DNA of 64,000 nucleotides from positions 180,063 to 244,062 of IMG/VR virus record IMGVR_UViG_3300028603_000018; one strand, 5' to 3'. A program made the translations under genes and the position numbers. Numbering within the stretch: position 1 is the stretch's first letter; each line of letters opens with the position of its first letter. This document shows positions 50,414 through 60,144 of this stretch, piece after piece. The stretch is from a virus (Duplodnaviria; Caudoviricetes). The notes beneath the pieces are model-generated. The model was given only the letters and a program-made list of their open reading frames with translations. It made no database searches and was not told the DNA's origin.

Positions 50414-50953
50414 ATGCCAATAACAACTGAAGACGATTTCGATATTATTACCGATTATAATAAAACACCAGAAGAGCTTCTAACAGAGCTGTTTAATTTA
50501 AAAAACGGAACAGACTATTCTCCTGAGCAATTTACTTTTGGAGAACCTGAACTAAGTACGGTTGAAAATAGAAATACAAACATTCGAATGTATGGTAGGC
50601 AAAACACAGGAATGCGTGGTAGTGCATTATTGCATTACAATCGTGTATCAGCAATTGATCTATTAGAAAAGAGTGATAATATTCTTCTATACAGTGATGA
50701 GGTTTTCTTTACTGACTTCATTCCTCAAATTAATGAAAAGTTCGGTATTCTTCTAAGAAAAGAAGATGTTGTCGAGCACGAGCTTACTCCGTTAGATCCG
50801 CTTAATCCTGAGGATTCAAGAGAAATCCCACTTACTTTTAAAATGAACCATAAAATTTTCTTTGGGTCTATCATCCTAAAGATGATTCATGTTGGTGTCG
50901 ATTTAAGTGAAGATTATCCTGAATCAGAATTAGATGGATTTGTATTTCCTTAA
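50414..50953 (+). CDS. Tail-associated structural protein (paralogue of 62727 and 63286)
   Basis: Shared FG.P...NT...G...L.Y.R pattern and IN...G..L...D/EV. Confidence 0.6.
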   Translation: MPITTEDDFDIITDYNKTPEELLTELFNLKNGTDYSPEQFTFGEPELSTVENRNTNIRMYGRQNTGMRGSALLHYNRVSAIDLLEKSDNILLYSDEVFFTDFIPQINEKFGILLRKEDVVEHELTPLDPLNPEDSREIPLTFKMNHKIFFGSIILKMIHVGVDLSEDYPESELDGFVFP

Positions 50954-51007
50954 ATTAGAGTTAGTAGAGAGGAGTCCTAAAAGACTCCTCTCTTTATGCT
51001 GTATTCC

Positions 51008-51030
51008 AGATTATTTTAAAGGCATATAAC
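51008..51030 (+). promoter_or_regulatory. Early-type phage promoter
   Basis: AGATTATTTTAA-N3-CATATAAC. Confidence 0.7.
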
Positions 51031-51063
51031 TAACTTGACAATAACAATTATAAGGGAGTTATA

Positions 51064-51183
51064 ATGTCAGATTTTATTCATCTCGCTTTCTTATCTGGAA
51101 TACTCGTACTTGTTATTATTATGATCATAAGTGCGATATTGGATATATTTCTTAAGATATTTGGGAAGAAGAATAAAAGATAA
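51064..51183 (+). CDS. Small single-TM protein (39 aa), not in the ORF track
   Basis: SD GGGAG directly after an early-promoter motif. MSDFIHLAFLSGILVLVIIMIISAILDIFLKIFGKKNKR. Confidence 0.6.
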   Translation: MSDFIHLAFLSGILVLVIIMIISAILDIFLKIFGKKNKR

Positions 51184-51253
51184 ATTATCATAAAAGAAAG
51201 GACTTTGCTTTTGTAAGGTTCTTTTCTTTATTCTTTTTATTTTTGTTTAAACT

Positions 51254-51276
51254 AGATAAATACAGTAATATATCAT
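51254..51276 (+). promoter_or_regulatory. Early-type phage promoter
   Basis: AGATAAATACAG-N3-TATATCAT. Confidence 0.6.
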
Positions 51277-51348
51277 CTATTAGAAGAGAATGAAGTAAAA
51301 AGCTCTTTATCAACACACCTCTTTAACTAAACAAAGGAAATCATTAAC

Positions 51349-51975
51349 ATGTTTAACATCTTTAAAAAACAAAAGAAATCTTACAATACGACAGGTATTG
51401 ATGTTCTTTTCTATAAACAAAGTAACCGGTTCGAAAAACATGGTCAGATCCTAGTAAATAATAAATCCAGAGGACTTCATCGAACTGTAGTTGATTTTAG
51501 TATCTTAGGTGCTAAGGGCAATTGGCTCCCTCACTTTACTCCAGCAACAGTAGATGCTATTTTTATGTTAGCTATTGAACAAGGTTATGAACCTATTTCA
51601 ATTGTGGAGTATGATCATATTAAATTCACTAATGACTATTTCAATCCTCATTCCAAACTAGTTAAGCTGTCTAAGCTTAAATGGGATAATGATGGTAGTG
51701 GGCTTTATGTTCAAGTTACTGATTATCGAGAACCTGTAAAAGGGATCTTTTCAGTAGAAGTGTATAACAGACTCATGGAAGCTCAAAATTTTGCTGTCAC
51801 ACCAGATAATGTATTAGCGATCTTCGAACTTGTAGAAGAACAAGGCTATGTTCCTATCACTATCTCTAAATTCCGTGAAAACGTAAAAGAGGTAGAAGAA
51901 CAAGATGGTGATGAACTTGAACCAGATTCAGTTATTCAACTGAGGAGTCCTAATGTTTTTAGGACTCGCGTTTAA
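51349..51975 (+). CDS. Hypothetical early protein with a duplicated domain
   Basis: TPATVDAIFMLAIEQGYEPISI and TPDNVLAIFELVEEQGYVPITI. Confidence 0.75.
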   Translation: MFNIFKKQKKSYNTTGIDVLFYKQSNRFEKHGQILVNNKSRGLHRTVVDFSILGAKGNWLPHFTPATVDAIFMLAIEQGYEPISIVEYDHIKFTNDYFNPHSKLVKLSKLKWDNDGSGLYVQVTDYREPVKGIFSVEVYNRLMEAQNFAVTPDNVLAIFELVEEQGYVPITISKFRENVKEVEEQDGDELEPDSVIQLRSPNVFRTRV

Positions 51976-52052
51976 GTAAAAGGCATAAATGGAGGGAAGT
52001 TATAATCTCCCCTCCATTAATATTTCTCTTATATTCTTAAATAGTACAGCGT

Positions 52053-52394
52053 ATGATTATTCGTTTATTAAACAGATCATTACAATACCTATACAATAAC
52101 TTTGATTCTGATCCTGCATCAGTTGGTATTGGATTACTCAAGACTGGTAAACTTCAGTATCATGATGGCGTAGCTAAAATAAGGTCAAGTAAAGGGAAGG
52201 TTTCTTATCAGCAATTCATTGTCGATAATCCTACTTATCTATATATGCCCTCTAAAATGACCATAATGTCTCTATTTAAGCAGTTTGATAAGCTAGGGTT
52301 GGATTGCATCAGTATGCAATTAAAAACGTCTCCTAAGTCCTCTAAAACGTTCTTTAGGAGTGATTACATACGTTTCTTAAACGAAGCTGCTTAA
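52053..52394 (+). CDS. Hypothetical protein, possible single-domain paralogue of 51349
   Basis: PSKMTIMSLFKQFDKLGLDCISM segment. Confidence 0.65.
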   Translation: MIIRLLNRSLQYLYNNFDSDPASVGIGLLKTGKLQYHDGVAKIRSSKGKVSYQQFIVDNPTYLYMPSKMTIMSLFKQFDKLGLDCISMQLKTSPKSSKTFFRSDYIRFLNEAA

Positions 52395-52409
52395 TAAAGG
52401 AAATGAAAG

Positions 52410-53093
52410 ATGAAGGAGTTAATTTGCTTTTATGGTAGTAAAGACTTAGACAGTGTTTTAGCTACTTCTATCTTAATAGCTTCTATTGAAGGTTATGATA
52501 ATATCCATTTCAAAAATAGTTCCACTGACTATGGAGTTAATTACGGTAAAGAAGTAGATAAGTTATACAACATAGAAAAAGAAACCACAGTATTTTTCTT
52601 AAACGTATTGGTATTAGTTGAAGATCTGCTTAGTATTGACCAAAAATCAATAAACACTTATCTTATCAACGCTAGGAATAATTCAGTTATTAATTATTCG
52701 AAAGATATAAAATTCTTTAATACTCACATTAACAAATCTTACCATTATAGTGCTTCTATGGCTATTTTTGAGTTTCTTACCAAAGGAGTGAGATTAGATG
52801 AGTCGGTATTGAGGAGTCTTTTATTCTTTACTAAAGTGATTGAAGATAAAACCAGCTCTCGTTTTAAGCTCAAGCATACTAGAAGCATTCTGTCATTTAC
52901 TCAACATCTTTGGGAATGTCTTCAAGAAGAATATATGGCTTTTGAAGCATTAGAGCAATTCTCTGGTTTTATTAGTCAAGAAGCCAGTTCTAGTTTAAAA
53001 CGCGTGGAACTCCTTACTAAGGCTCAACTACATACACAACAAGAAAACATTACTACACTTAACACCACTGTTAATCAACATCACATACTCTAA
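52410..53093 (+). CDS. Hypothetical protein, possibly a degenerate DHH phosphoesterase fold
   Basis: N-terminal ICFYGSKDLDSVLA resembles DHH motif I, but the DHH triad is absent. Confidence 0.5.
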   Translation: MKELICFYGSKDLDSVLATSILIASIEGYDNIHFKNSSTDYGVNYGKEVDKLYNIEKETTVFFLNVLVLVEDLLSIDQKSINTYLINARNNSVINYSKDIKFFNTHINKSYHYSASMAIFEFLTKGVRLDESVLRSLLFFTKVIEDKTSSRFKLKHTRSILSFTQHLWECLQEEYMAFEALEQFSGFISQEASSSLKRVELLTKAQLHTQQENITTLNTTVNQHHIL

Positions 53094-53110
53094 ACATAAT
53101 AGGACGTCTC

Positions 53111-53461
53111 ATGCTTGATTTCATCGCTTCTGTTGGTAATGCCTTTACTGAAGTCTCTGGTATATTCTTTGCTCTTACGACTATTATTGCGTTAGTCATG
53201 AATAAAATAAAAGATAGAATGATTAACAACTTAGAAGAGACGTTAAAAGTAGGTGATGATTTAGTTGAATCATTAGAAAAATTACTTACTAAGAAAGAAG
53301 AAATTATTTCATTATTAACTATGAAAGATGCTAATAATGAAAGTTATATTACAGCATTAAATGAACATCTTCGTGAATTAGAAAGACGTATTGAAAATAC
53401 AGGGATTACTCTTAAAACTCCTTCTACAGAAGAGAAAGAAAGTAATAAAGAATCTGTATAA
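53111..53461 (+). CDS. Membrane-anchored coiled-coil protein
   Basis: N-terminal TM segment followed by heptads. Confidence 0.7.
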   Translation: MLDFIASVGNAFTEVSGIFFALTTIIALVMNKIKDRMINNLEETLKVGDDLVESLEKLLTKKEEIISLLTMKDANNESYITALNEHLRELERRIENTGITLKTPSTEEKESNKESV

Positions 53462-53561
53462 ATAAACGCTATATAAAAAAATTGAGAAACTAGATCTGTT
53501 GTAGTAAAAGTTTCTCAATTTTATTTTTTTATTTATTTTTTCAATTATAAGCGATGAAACG

Positions 53562-54251
53562 ATGACTGACGGTAAGCTTATTGTCTTTGAAGGTTTGGAT
53601 GGGTCTGGTAAAGATACTCAGATAAAACTTCTTGCTGATTCACTTGAGGTAGATGGCATTACATTTAAAATTGTGCGTGAATTAGATGTAAGCGACCTTA
53701 CCTCTGAGTTAAGTGATTTGATTCTTAGACGAGGTAAAAATAATAAATTAACACCTGCTTCTGAACTACTTCTCTGGTTAACAGTAAAGCAAGAAGCTCA
53801 AGAAGAGATCCGTTCTAGTTTACGGACGCATGATATTGTTATTCTTAACCGTTATCTACCAAGCTTTCTTGTTATGCAGGGGTATGTTAATAAGCTTGAA
53901 CATACTGCTAATGCATTGACTAAGCATTTTATTCCCATTGATACGCTTATCTATTTAGATAAAGACCCTCAGTCCGTACATGAGACAGTTAAGAAACGAG
54001 ACAATGAGTTAGATGATTATGAATCTAAATCCTTAGAATACCATCGTCGTTTACATCAACACTTCCAAACCGTAATTAAAAACTGTCGAGTAAAAGATGA
54101 GAAGCTAATCATTGATGCTTCTGATAGTATTGACTCTATTCATATTAAAGTCAAAACTGCTGTAAATAGGACTTTAATTAAGCGAGAAGAATCTTTTCAA
54201 ATAGGTGACATCAGATATCTTGATCACCTTATTACTAATAAACAAATGTAA
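53562..54251 (+). CDS. tmk: Thymidylate (dTMP) kinase
   Basis: LIVFEGLDGSGKDTQ P-loop, IVILNRY..S...QG and IDAS.SID motifs. Confidence 0.9.
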   Translation: MTDGKLIVFEGLDGSGKDTQIKLLADSLEVDGITFKIVRELDVSDLTSELSDLILRRGKNNKLTPASELLLWLTVKQEAQEEIRSSLRTHDIVILNRYLPSFLVMQGYVNKLEHTANALTKHFIPIDTLIYLDKDPQSVHETVKKRDNELDDYESKSLEYHRRLHQHFQTVIKNCRVKDEKLIIDASDSIDSIHIKVKTAVNRTLIKREESFQIGDIRYLDHLITNKQM

Positions 54252-54279
54252 TCCAAAAAAGGAAAAAAAGGTATCTGAT

Positions 54280-55254
54280 ATGTCATTACAACATTCTTTA
54301 TTTCATCCCTCAATCATTGTACCAGAAATTTCTCAACGATTAGAGAACCCTACAGTAGCAGTTAAGCGAAGTGTTTTAGAAGCTCTTCTTAATGAAGCTA
54401 AAGAAGAAGGTCAATTACCTATCATTACTGATAAGGTTTTTATTGAACGTATTCTAAATACAATGATCTTTAACTTAGAAGTCGTAGAGCGTAAAGAGAT
54501 CGAAAAAAACTTTAACTATATCCATCCAGTTGTTTATTCTCCTATTATAGAACTCAATGAGGAAGGTGCTTTATCTTTATTCACCTATCAAAGAGCGAAA
54601 GGAATTGGTGAAGAGCGTCTGTTAGGTAATTATAGTGTTGGTATTGGCGGTCATGTTGAATTTGATACAGGAACTGTTAATACACTTTCTTTATTAGTAG
54701 ATAATAATGAAGACCTCTTTCGTTTAGTTTTTGATAAAGTCTGTGGTCTTACTCTACTAACAGAGTTCTCAGAAGAAATTAAAGAACTTCAATATTTACT
54801 CCAACTTAGTTTTAAAGAAATTCTTGAAGTAAGTAAAACCCATCCCTTCTTAAGAAGTTTAATGAATTGTGTAGATAGCATGAGTTCAGACTATCCTGAT
54901 ATGCTCATTTATGATACTTCTAATGAAGTAGGTAGGGTTCATTTAGGCATTACTACTTTAGTTCCTTATATTACTGATATCATTAAACCTGATCCAGGTA
55001 TTCACATGGGTGAAGATTCTTTGATTACGAAAGGATTCTTAAGCTTTGATGAGCTTAAAGATAATTCCATTGAAGAGAAGATGGAGAGTTGGTCTCAGTT
55101 AATTGTCGGTCAAATGGCTAAGTATAATAGGCGTTGGGCTGCGGTAGTTAAAGAAAAGATTTACTTTACAAAAACAGAATTACGAGATATTAAAATTGGT
55201 ACTGTAGATTCAAAGACTGGTTTAAATGCTAATATTGATTTTACACCTCGATAA
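54280..55254 (+). CDS. Nudix-like phosphoesterase
   Basis: Y.R..G.GEERL.G.YSVGIGGHV, EVGRVHLG and ESWSQL motifs. Start reassigned from 54205. Confidence 0.7.
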   Translation: MSLQHSLFHPSIIVPEISQRLENPTVAVKRSVLEALLNEAKEEGQLPIITDKVFIERILNTMIFNLEVVERKEIEKNFNYIHPVVYSPIIELNEEGALSLFTYQRAKGIGEERLLGNYSVGIGGHVEFDTGTVNTLSLLVDNNEDLFRLVFDKVCGLTLLTEFSEEIKELQYLLQLSFKEILEVSKTHPFLRSLMNCVDSMSSDYPDMLIYDTSNEVGRVHLGITTLVPYITDIIKPDPGIHMGEDSLITKGFLSFDELKDNSIEEKMESWSQLIVGQMAKYNRRWAAVVKEKIYFTKTELRDIKIGTVDSKTGLNANIDFTPR

Positions 55255-55255
55255 A

Positions 55256-55290
55256 GCATAAATAGGGAGAGCTAATTGCTCTCCCTATTT
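55256..55290. terminator. Family hairpin
   Basis: AAATAGGGAGAGC-TAATT-GCTCTCCCTATTT. Confidence 0.75.
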
Positions 55291-55308
55291 TAATGTGTTT
55301 TTTCTTTT

Positions 55309-55331
55309 ACATTTATATAACCACATATCAC
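55309..55331 (+). promoter_or_regulatory. Early-type phage promoter
   Basis: ACATTTATATAA-N3-CATATCAC. Confidence 0.6.
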
Positions 55332-55377
55332 TAAACAGTATAAGAAAAAATCAATCTCTCTTAGGAGAAGTAATAAA

Positions 55378-55683
55378 ATGCGTTTCACCATCACTTCTAA
55401 ACTCAGTGTAAAACAAAAAAGTACTGACAAAATCATTTTACCAGGATTTATACATCAGTATAGTAATGAACTAACGCCTAATTTCTTAGGTATTTCTACT
55501 AATGGGTTGTTTAATGATATTGAGTCTAGTAGTAGTTACTGTATTCGGGTTATTGAAGAGAGAAGTAAAATACTAAGTCAATTAACAGCTATTGACTATA
55601 TCAATTGTTTTGATATTGAAGTATTTAAAACCAATGACTTAATAGTGGAACATAAACTAATACGTTTCGATCTAGCTCAGTAG
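55378..55683 (+). CDS. Hypothetical early protein
   Basis: SD AGGAG, downstream of a promoter motif. Confidence 0.7.
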   Translation: MRFTITSKLSVKQKSTDKIILPGFIHQYSNELTPNFLGISTNGLFNDIESSSSYCIRVIEERSKILSQLTAIDYINCFDIEVFKTNDLIVEHKLIRFDLAQ

Positions 55684-55743
55684 TGTACCTACTATAGCTA
55701 TGAATACCCCTAACCAATTATCATAAGTAGCTAGGAGAGATAA

Positions 55744-56196
55744 GTGATGAATACAAATCGAGTATTATTAAGAGATGATTTAGGTAAGCGATATGTGAAT
55801 GTGGTTGTTTACCTAACTCCCAAGGAAGCTAATGTCTATTATACTCGACCTACAGTACATTTAGAATCTATTATTAAAAACACTGCTTCTTTAGTGAGTG
55901 CTAGTGAACTACTCTTACCTTGCTATTTTCTAGATTTAACTAAAGACTACTTTGAAGAATCAGAAACTTTAACATCAGTAATTAGTCAAGCAAAGTCATC
56001 TATTCAACAAATCATTACACATAGGAAAGTTGAATTTGAATGGCTACTAGATAGTTTACAGTTAAAGAATATCACTACTGCTATAGATTATTACAGTGAA
56101 GTGACAAAGCAGTTGAGTAGGAAAGAAGTACTGGCTAACTTTAAGAAAGCTTTTGAAGTCAGTTTAACTGATTTAGGTTTAGTTCCTACTACTTGA
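55744..56196 (+). CDS. Hypothetical protein
   Basis: 150 aa ORF with SD AGGAG. Confidence 0.7.
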   Translation: MMNTNRVLLRDDLGKRYVNVVVYLTPKEANVYYTRPTVHLESIIKNTASLVSASELLLPCYFLDLTKDYFEESETLTSVISQAKSSIQQIITHRKVEFEWLLDSLQLKNITTAIDYYSEVTKQLSRKEVLANFKKAFEVSLTDLGLVPTT

Positions 56197-56211
56197 TAGG
56201 TAAAGAATAAT

Positions 56212-57003
56212 ATGTTTGAACTCAATCTTATTGAAAATAAGGATTTTGATTTTGAATCGAGTGCTAGTCATCCCTTCTACCCTCATTTAAGAGCTTGGTA
56301 TTATATTACTGATACTTTATTCTTTAACTTTGATAGACTATCATACGAGAGTAAGAATAATTACTTAGATCTTAGGAAGAAATTAGAAGATGAACATCCT
56401 ACTATTTCTACTATAACTGACAGACCTTGGACTGTCTTAGTGAATTATGGATCAGGTAGTCAATTAAACTTACTGTCTCATATCACTACACCTGGGAATG
56501 AAAGCTTCTTGTTTAGCACTAGTCAGATTAATCCAGTAGATATGTCAAATTGTATTGCAGAAATACTAATGGGTAACAACATGACGAAGTTTGGTGAAGA
56601 AGATACCTATCTAGTACTTCGCAGAGATAAAACAGAAACCCATCCTTCTACATTCATTCATTTCTTTAAAGTTCATCGCAGTGAATTGAATATGAGATTA
56701 CCTTCTGGTTTATCTATTATCAAAGATTATGCTTGGTTAGTATTTATCCAAGATATTACTGAAGTAGAAGAAACGTCTAATATGGACATACTCTGGAAAT
56801 ACCTATGTGAGATTGTAACAGATGATGAAAATATGACTCCATATCTAGAATCTGTTCCTCATCTTTCAGAAGCTTCTAAACAACTGATTATTCAAGCTAA
56901 GAACTATTGGTTAAATAACTTATCTAATACTGATCACTTCAGTGATAAGTTACATAGAGGATATTTCCTATTATCTGACAATAGTACGTATGGTTATATG
57001 TGA
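56212..57003 (+). CDS. Hypothetical protein
   Basis: 263 aa ORF followed by a terminator hairpin. Confidence 0.7.
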   Translation: MFELNLIENKDFDFESSASHPFYPHLRAWYYITDTLFFNFDRLSYESKNNYLDLRKKLEDEHPTISTITDRPWTVLVNYGSGSQLNLLSHITTPGNESFLFSTSQINPVDMSNCIAEILMGNNMTKFGEEDTYLVLRRDKTETHPSTFIHFFKVHRSELNMRLPSGLSIIKDYAWLVFIQDITEVEETSNMDILWKYLCEIVTDDENMTPYLESVPHLSEASKQLIIQAKNYWLNNLSNTDHFSDKLHRGYFLLSDNSTYGYM

Positions 57004-57006
57004 GAA

Positions 57007-57040
57007 ATAAATAGAGAGTTTAACATACTCTCTATTTATG
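57007..57040. terminator. Family hairpin
   Basis: ATAAATAGAGAGT...ACTCTCTATTTAT-GC. Confidence 0.75.
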
Positions 57041-57100
57041 CTGTATAAAATAAAATTGAGCTAGTAAATCAATTGTATACATCTATCTAAGAGAAGAGTT

Positions 57101-58000
57101 ATGGAAACCATTAAACGAGCTGAAGATCAGTATTTAGAAGCATTATCTACCATCTACCATAAAGGCAAAGATCTCCCTAATGAAAGAACAGGAATTGATT
57201 GCCGTACTTTTATCAACATTGATTTGACTTATGATGCTAGTACTAATAAAGTACCATTAGTCACTACACGCAAAGCTCCTACTAAATTACCTATTGCTGA
57301 GCTATTAGGTTATATTAGAGGTTATACCAGTGCTGAGGACTTTCGTAAGCTAGGTAGTAAGTCTTGGGACATGAATGCTAATGAAACACCTGCTTGGCTA
57401 GCAAACCCCAATCGTAAAGGTAAAGACGATATGGGGTTAGTCTATGGAGCAGTAGCTCGTAACTGGCCTATCTTTGAGAGAGGATTAGAGGACGGTAAGT
57501 TAGTGGTTAGTCATTCGTTAGACTTATTTGAGAAGGTCTATAATAACCTCAAAGCAGGTAAAGATGATAGAGGGGAGGTTATCAGCTATTGGAATCCGGG
57601 TTTTTTCTCATTAGGTTGCCTTCGTCCTTGTTTACATAGTTACCAATTTAGTCTCTTAGGCGATGATCTTTATCTAAATGCTACACAACGCTCTTCTGAC
57701 TTTCCTATTGGTACAGTAGCTAATATGGTTCAGGTTTATACTTTCTTGAGACTAATGGCTCAGATTACTAATAAGAATCCTAAACTAGCTTTTCATAAAA
57801 ACGTTAATGCTCATATCTATGGAAATCAGTTAGAAGGTGTTAAAGAGCAATTAACTAGAACTCCTCTAGAAGAACCTACATTAGAGATTAACCCAGATAT
57901 TAAAACATTAGAAGACGTAATGACTTGGGTAACAGTAGACGATATACGGATAGACTATTCAGAATATCATCCTCCTATTAACTTCCCCTTCGCTATTTAA
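57101..58000 (+). CDS. thyA: Thymidylate synthase
   Basis: ERTG, PLVTTRK, LRPC catalytic Cys, QRSSD and NAHIY.NQ motifs. Confidence 0.95.
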   Translation: METIKRAEDQYLEALSTIYHKGKDLPNERTGIDCRTFINIDLTYDASTNKVPLVTTRKAPTKLPIAELLGYIRGYTSAEDFRKLGSKSWDMNANETPAWLANPNRKGKDDMGLVYGAVARNWPIFERGLEDGKLVVSHSLDLFEKVYNNLKAGKDDRGEVISYWNPGFFSLGCLRPCLHSYQFSLLGDDLYLNATQRSSDFPIGTVANMVQVYTFLRLMAQITNKNPKLAFHKNVNAHIYGNQLEGVKEQLTRTPLEEPTLEINPDIKTLEDVMTWVTVDDIRIDYSEYHPPINFPFAI

Positions 58001-58014
58001 AAATCTCTTTTATT

Positions 58015-58347
58015 ATGAATAATCCCACTGAATCAAATCTTGATTATTGTGCAAGGATAGTAAGGTCATGGATACGGGCAGGTTTATTCTACCTCATTAC
58101 AGTAAGTATTCTAGCTTTTCTTTATAGGTATAATACTCATACAGGTTTTGATGAGAATGCTGTGCTCTTTTGTTTAACAGTTGTAAAGTCTTACATTTTT
58201 TCTAATCTTGTATTCATCACAATAATAATCTTTGTTAAACTAAGACTTGTAACACAAATCCAAATCTTATTAGCACATACTGTTTTTAATAAGTTTGCTA
58301 GTTTACTCAATCTATTCTTAATCTTTGTTTTACTACTCTTTAAATAA
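58015..58347 (+). CDS. Small membrane protein (about 3 TM)
   Basis: Three hydrophobic segments. Confidence 0.6.
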   Translation: MNNPTESNLDYCARIVRSWIRAGLFYLITVSILAFLYRYNTHTGFDENAVLFCLTVVKSYIFSNLVFITIIIFVKLRLVTQIQILLAHTVFNKFASLLNLFLIFVLLLFK

Positions 58348-58363
58348 GAAAAGGATCAATGAA

Positions 58364-59002
58364 ATGGAAATGGTAAATACTGATATCGAAATCGAAATTT
58401 TCGAACCAGAATTTATTTACGTCTGGAAAGTGATCGATGATAGTAATGGAACAGAGCTTTTTAAACTCCCTTATTTAGACGAAGAGACTAACCGAAGCTC
58501 TCTTTATAAGTTCTTAGAAGTGGAAGAATTTGATATTTACTCTGAAGAGTCTACTTCTTCACCTAAGGAATTTGCTATTGTCCATCCTATTACAGGCAAT
58601 ACTATTGCGTATACCAATATTCTCCCTGAAGAAGGAACTGTTATTATTGACGATGACGGTGAATATGGTTTCTGGGAAGAAGTGTATATGGTTATTGGCA
58701 CATCAATCATCCCTAGTGAGCATATTCATCAGTTAGTATCCCAACCTCATTTACGAGACATGTGGTCAGTTGAAGGAAGACCTCTTGTTTATGTCAATGA
58801 TTTCTTTACTGAAGAAGGTAGAGAAGGAACTGAGACTACTGAGATCATTACTGATTTTATCGAAGCTACTCCAGGCATCTTTTTACCTAATTATGAATCT
58901 AGAGAAGTCTTGGATGACAATCAATACTTAGAGCGTATGTTTGAAATTCTACATGGAGTTAATGATGATATAGAATTGACTCGTACTAAGGAATTAATTT
59001 AA
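58364..59002 (+). CDS. Acidic hypothetical protein
   Basis: SD AAGGA favours ATG 58364 over 58325. Confidence 0.7.
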   Translation: MEMVNTDIEIEIFEPEFIYVWKVIDDSNGTELFKLPYLDEETNRSSLYKFLEVEEFDIYSEESTSSPKEFAIVHPITGNTIAYTNILPEEGTVIIDDDGEYGFWEEVYMVIGTSIIPSEHIHQLVSQPHLRDMWSVEGRPLVYVNDFFTEEGREGTETTEIITDFIEATPGIFLPNYESREVLDDNQYLERMFEILHGVNDDIELTRTKELI

Positions 59003-59003
59003 C

Positions 59004-59591
59004 ATGACAAAGACACCAATTGATTTCTTTAAACTATTAGAAGATCTCGATGAAGAAACACTCAGTCATCTCCGTGATTTGACAGAATCTCGCCTACTTC
59101 TTCTCAGGAATAAAAGAGAGAGTTTAGAATTAAGTAATATTAACTTTCTTAACTATCGAGTATTTCTTGAAGTGGATAAAGCTAAAAAGCTATATACAGT
59201 TCAAGATAATTTATCTGATACAGCAGAAGTGTGGGGGGTATGTTACACAGAAGGGTTGACAGAACATACAGGTTTTGAATTAACTATGTTAGTTAAAGAT
59301 CCTGTTCTAGCTATCCGTCACTTAAGAGCTATTGTTAGATTATATCGCTCTACTGGAACTTCTTCTTCTACAGTTGGAGAAAAAGATCGAGTGGTGGTTA
59401 ATGAAGAAGTAGAACTCTTTAAACTTAATCCTGTCAAAGCGGCTGACATGTCTCGTCTCATCCCTAACCATGGATCTAAGACAACTACATTTAAACAAGC
59501 TGTCTTTGCAGATAAGAAAGGAAATTTCCCTAACAGTCCATCTTTTAGCTATTCTAAACTCAAGCAACTCTATATCACTAAACCACTCTAG
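59004..59591 (+). CDS. Hypothetical protein
   Basis: 195 aa ORF, translationally coupled to its neighbour. Confidence 0.7.
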   Translation: MTKTPIDFFKLLEDLDEETLSHLRDLTESRLLLLRNKRESLELSNINFLNYRVFLEVDKAKKLYTVQDNLSDTAEVWGVCYTEGLTEHTGFELTMLVKDPVLAIRHLRAIVRLYRSTGTSSSTVGEKDRVVVNEEVELFKLNPVKAADMSRLIPNHGSKTTTFKQAVFADKKGNFPNSPSFSYSKLKQLYITKPL

Positions 59592-59599
59592 GTATTAAC

Positions 59600-60073
59600 A
59601 TGACTGTTAAATATGTAAAAGGAAATCTCATTAATCTTGCTATGATGGGTGAGTTTGATGTTATTGTACATGGTTGTAATTGCTTTAACAAAATGGGAAA
59701 TGGTTTAGCTAAAGATATTAAAAAATACTTCCCAGAAGCTTATGAAGCTGATAAACGAACTTTTGCTGGTGACAGAAGTAAGTTAGGCACATTCAGTTCA
59801 GCCAAAGTAACCAATGCATTAGGTGAACCTTTTTATGTAGTCAATGCCTATACCCAGTTTACTTACAATAGTTCTCGTAGAGTAGTAGAGGATCTATTCG
59901 AATATGATGCTTTTGTTACCTTTCTTCAATCAATAAATACTTATTTTGATTGTTTGAAAATTGGCTTCCCTTTAATTGGTGCTGGATTAGCTGGTGGTAA
60001 TTGGGAACGTATTAAACAATTAATTGAAGAGCATCTATCAGGCCAAGATGTAACTATTGTAGAACTCCCTTAA
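59600..60073 (+). CDS. Macro-domain ADP-ribose hydrolase (Poa1p/TARG1/DarG-like)
   Basis: YVKGNL, IVHGCNC...MG.GLA, VNAYTQ and FPLIGAGLAGGNW motifs. Confidence 0.88.
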   Translation: MTVKYVKGNLINLAMMGEFDVIVHGCNCFNKMGNGLAKDIKKYFPEAYEADKRTFAGDRSKLGTFSSAKVTNALGEPFYVVNAYTQFTYNSSRRVVEDLFEYDAFVTFLQSINTYFDCLKIGFPLIGAGLAGGNWERIKQLIEEHLSGQDVTIVELP

Positions 60074-60144
60074 TTTACTTATATTAAGGACATAAAAAGA
60101 GAGGTCGGTAAACCCTCTCTTTTTTTTTTCATTTAAGGTATTGT

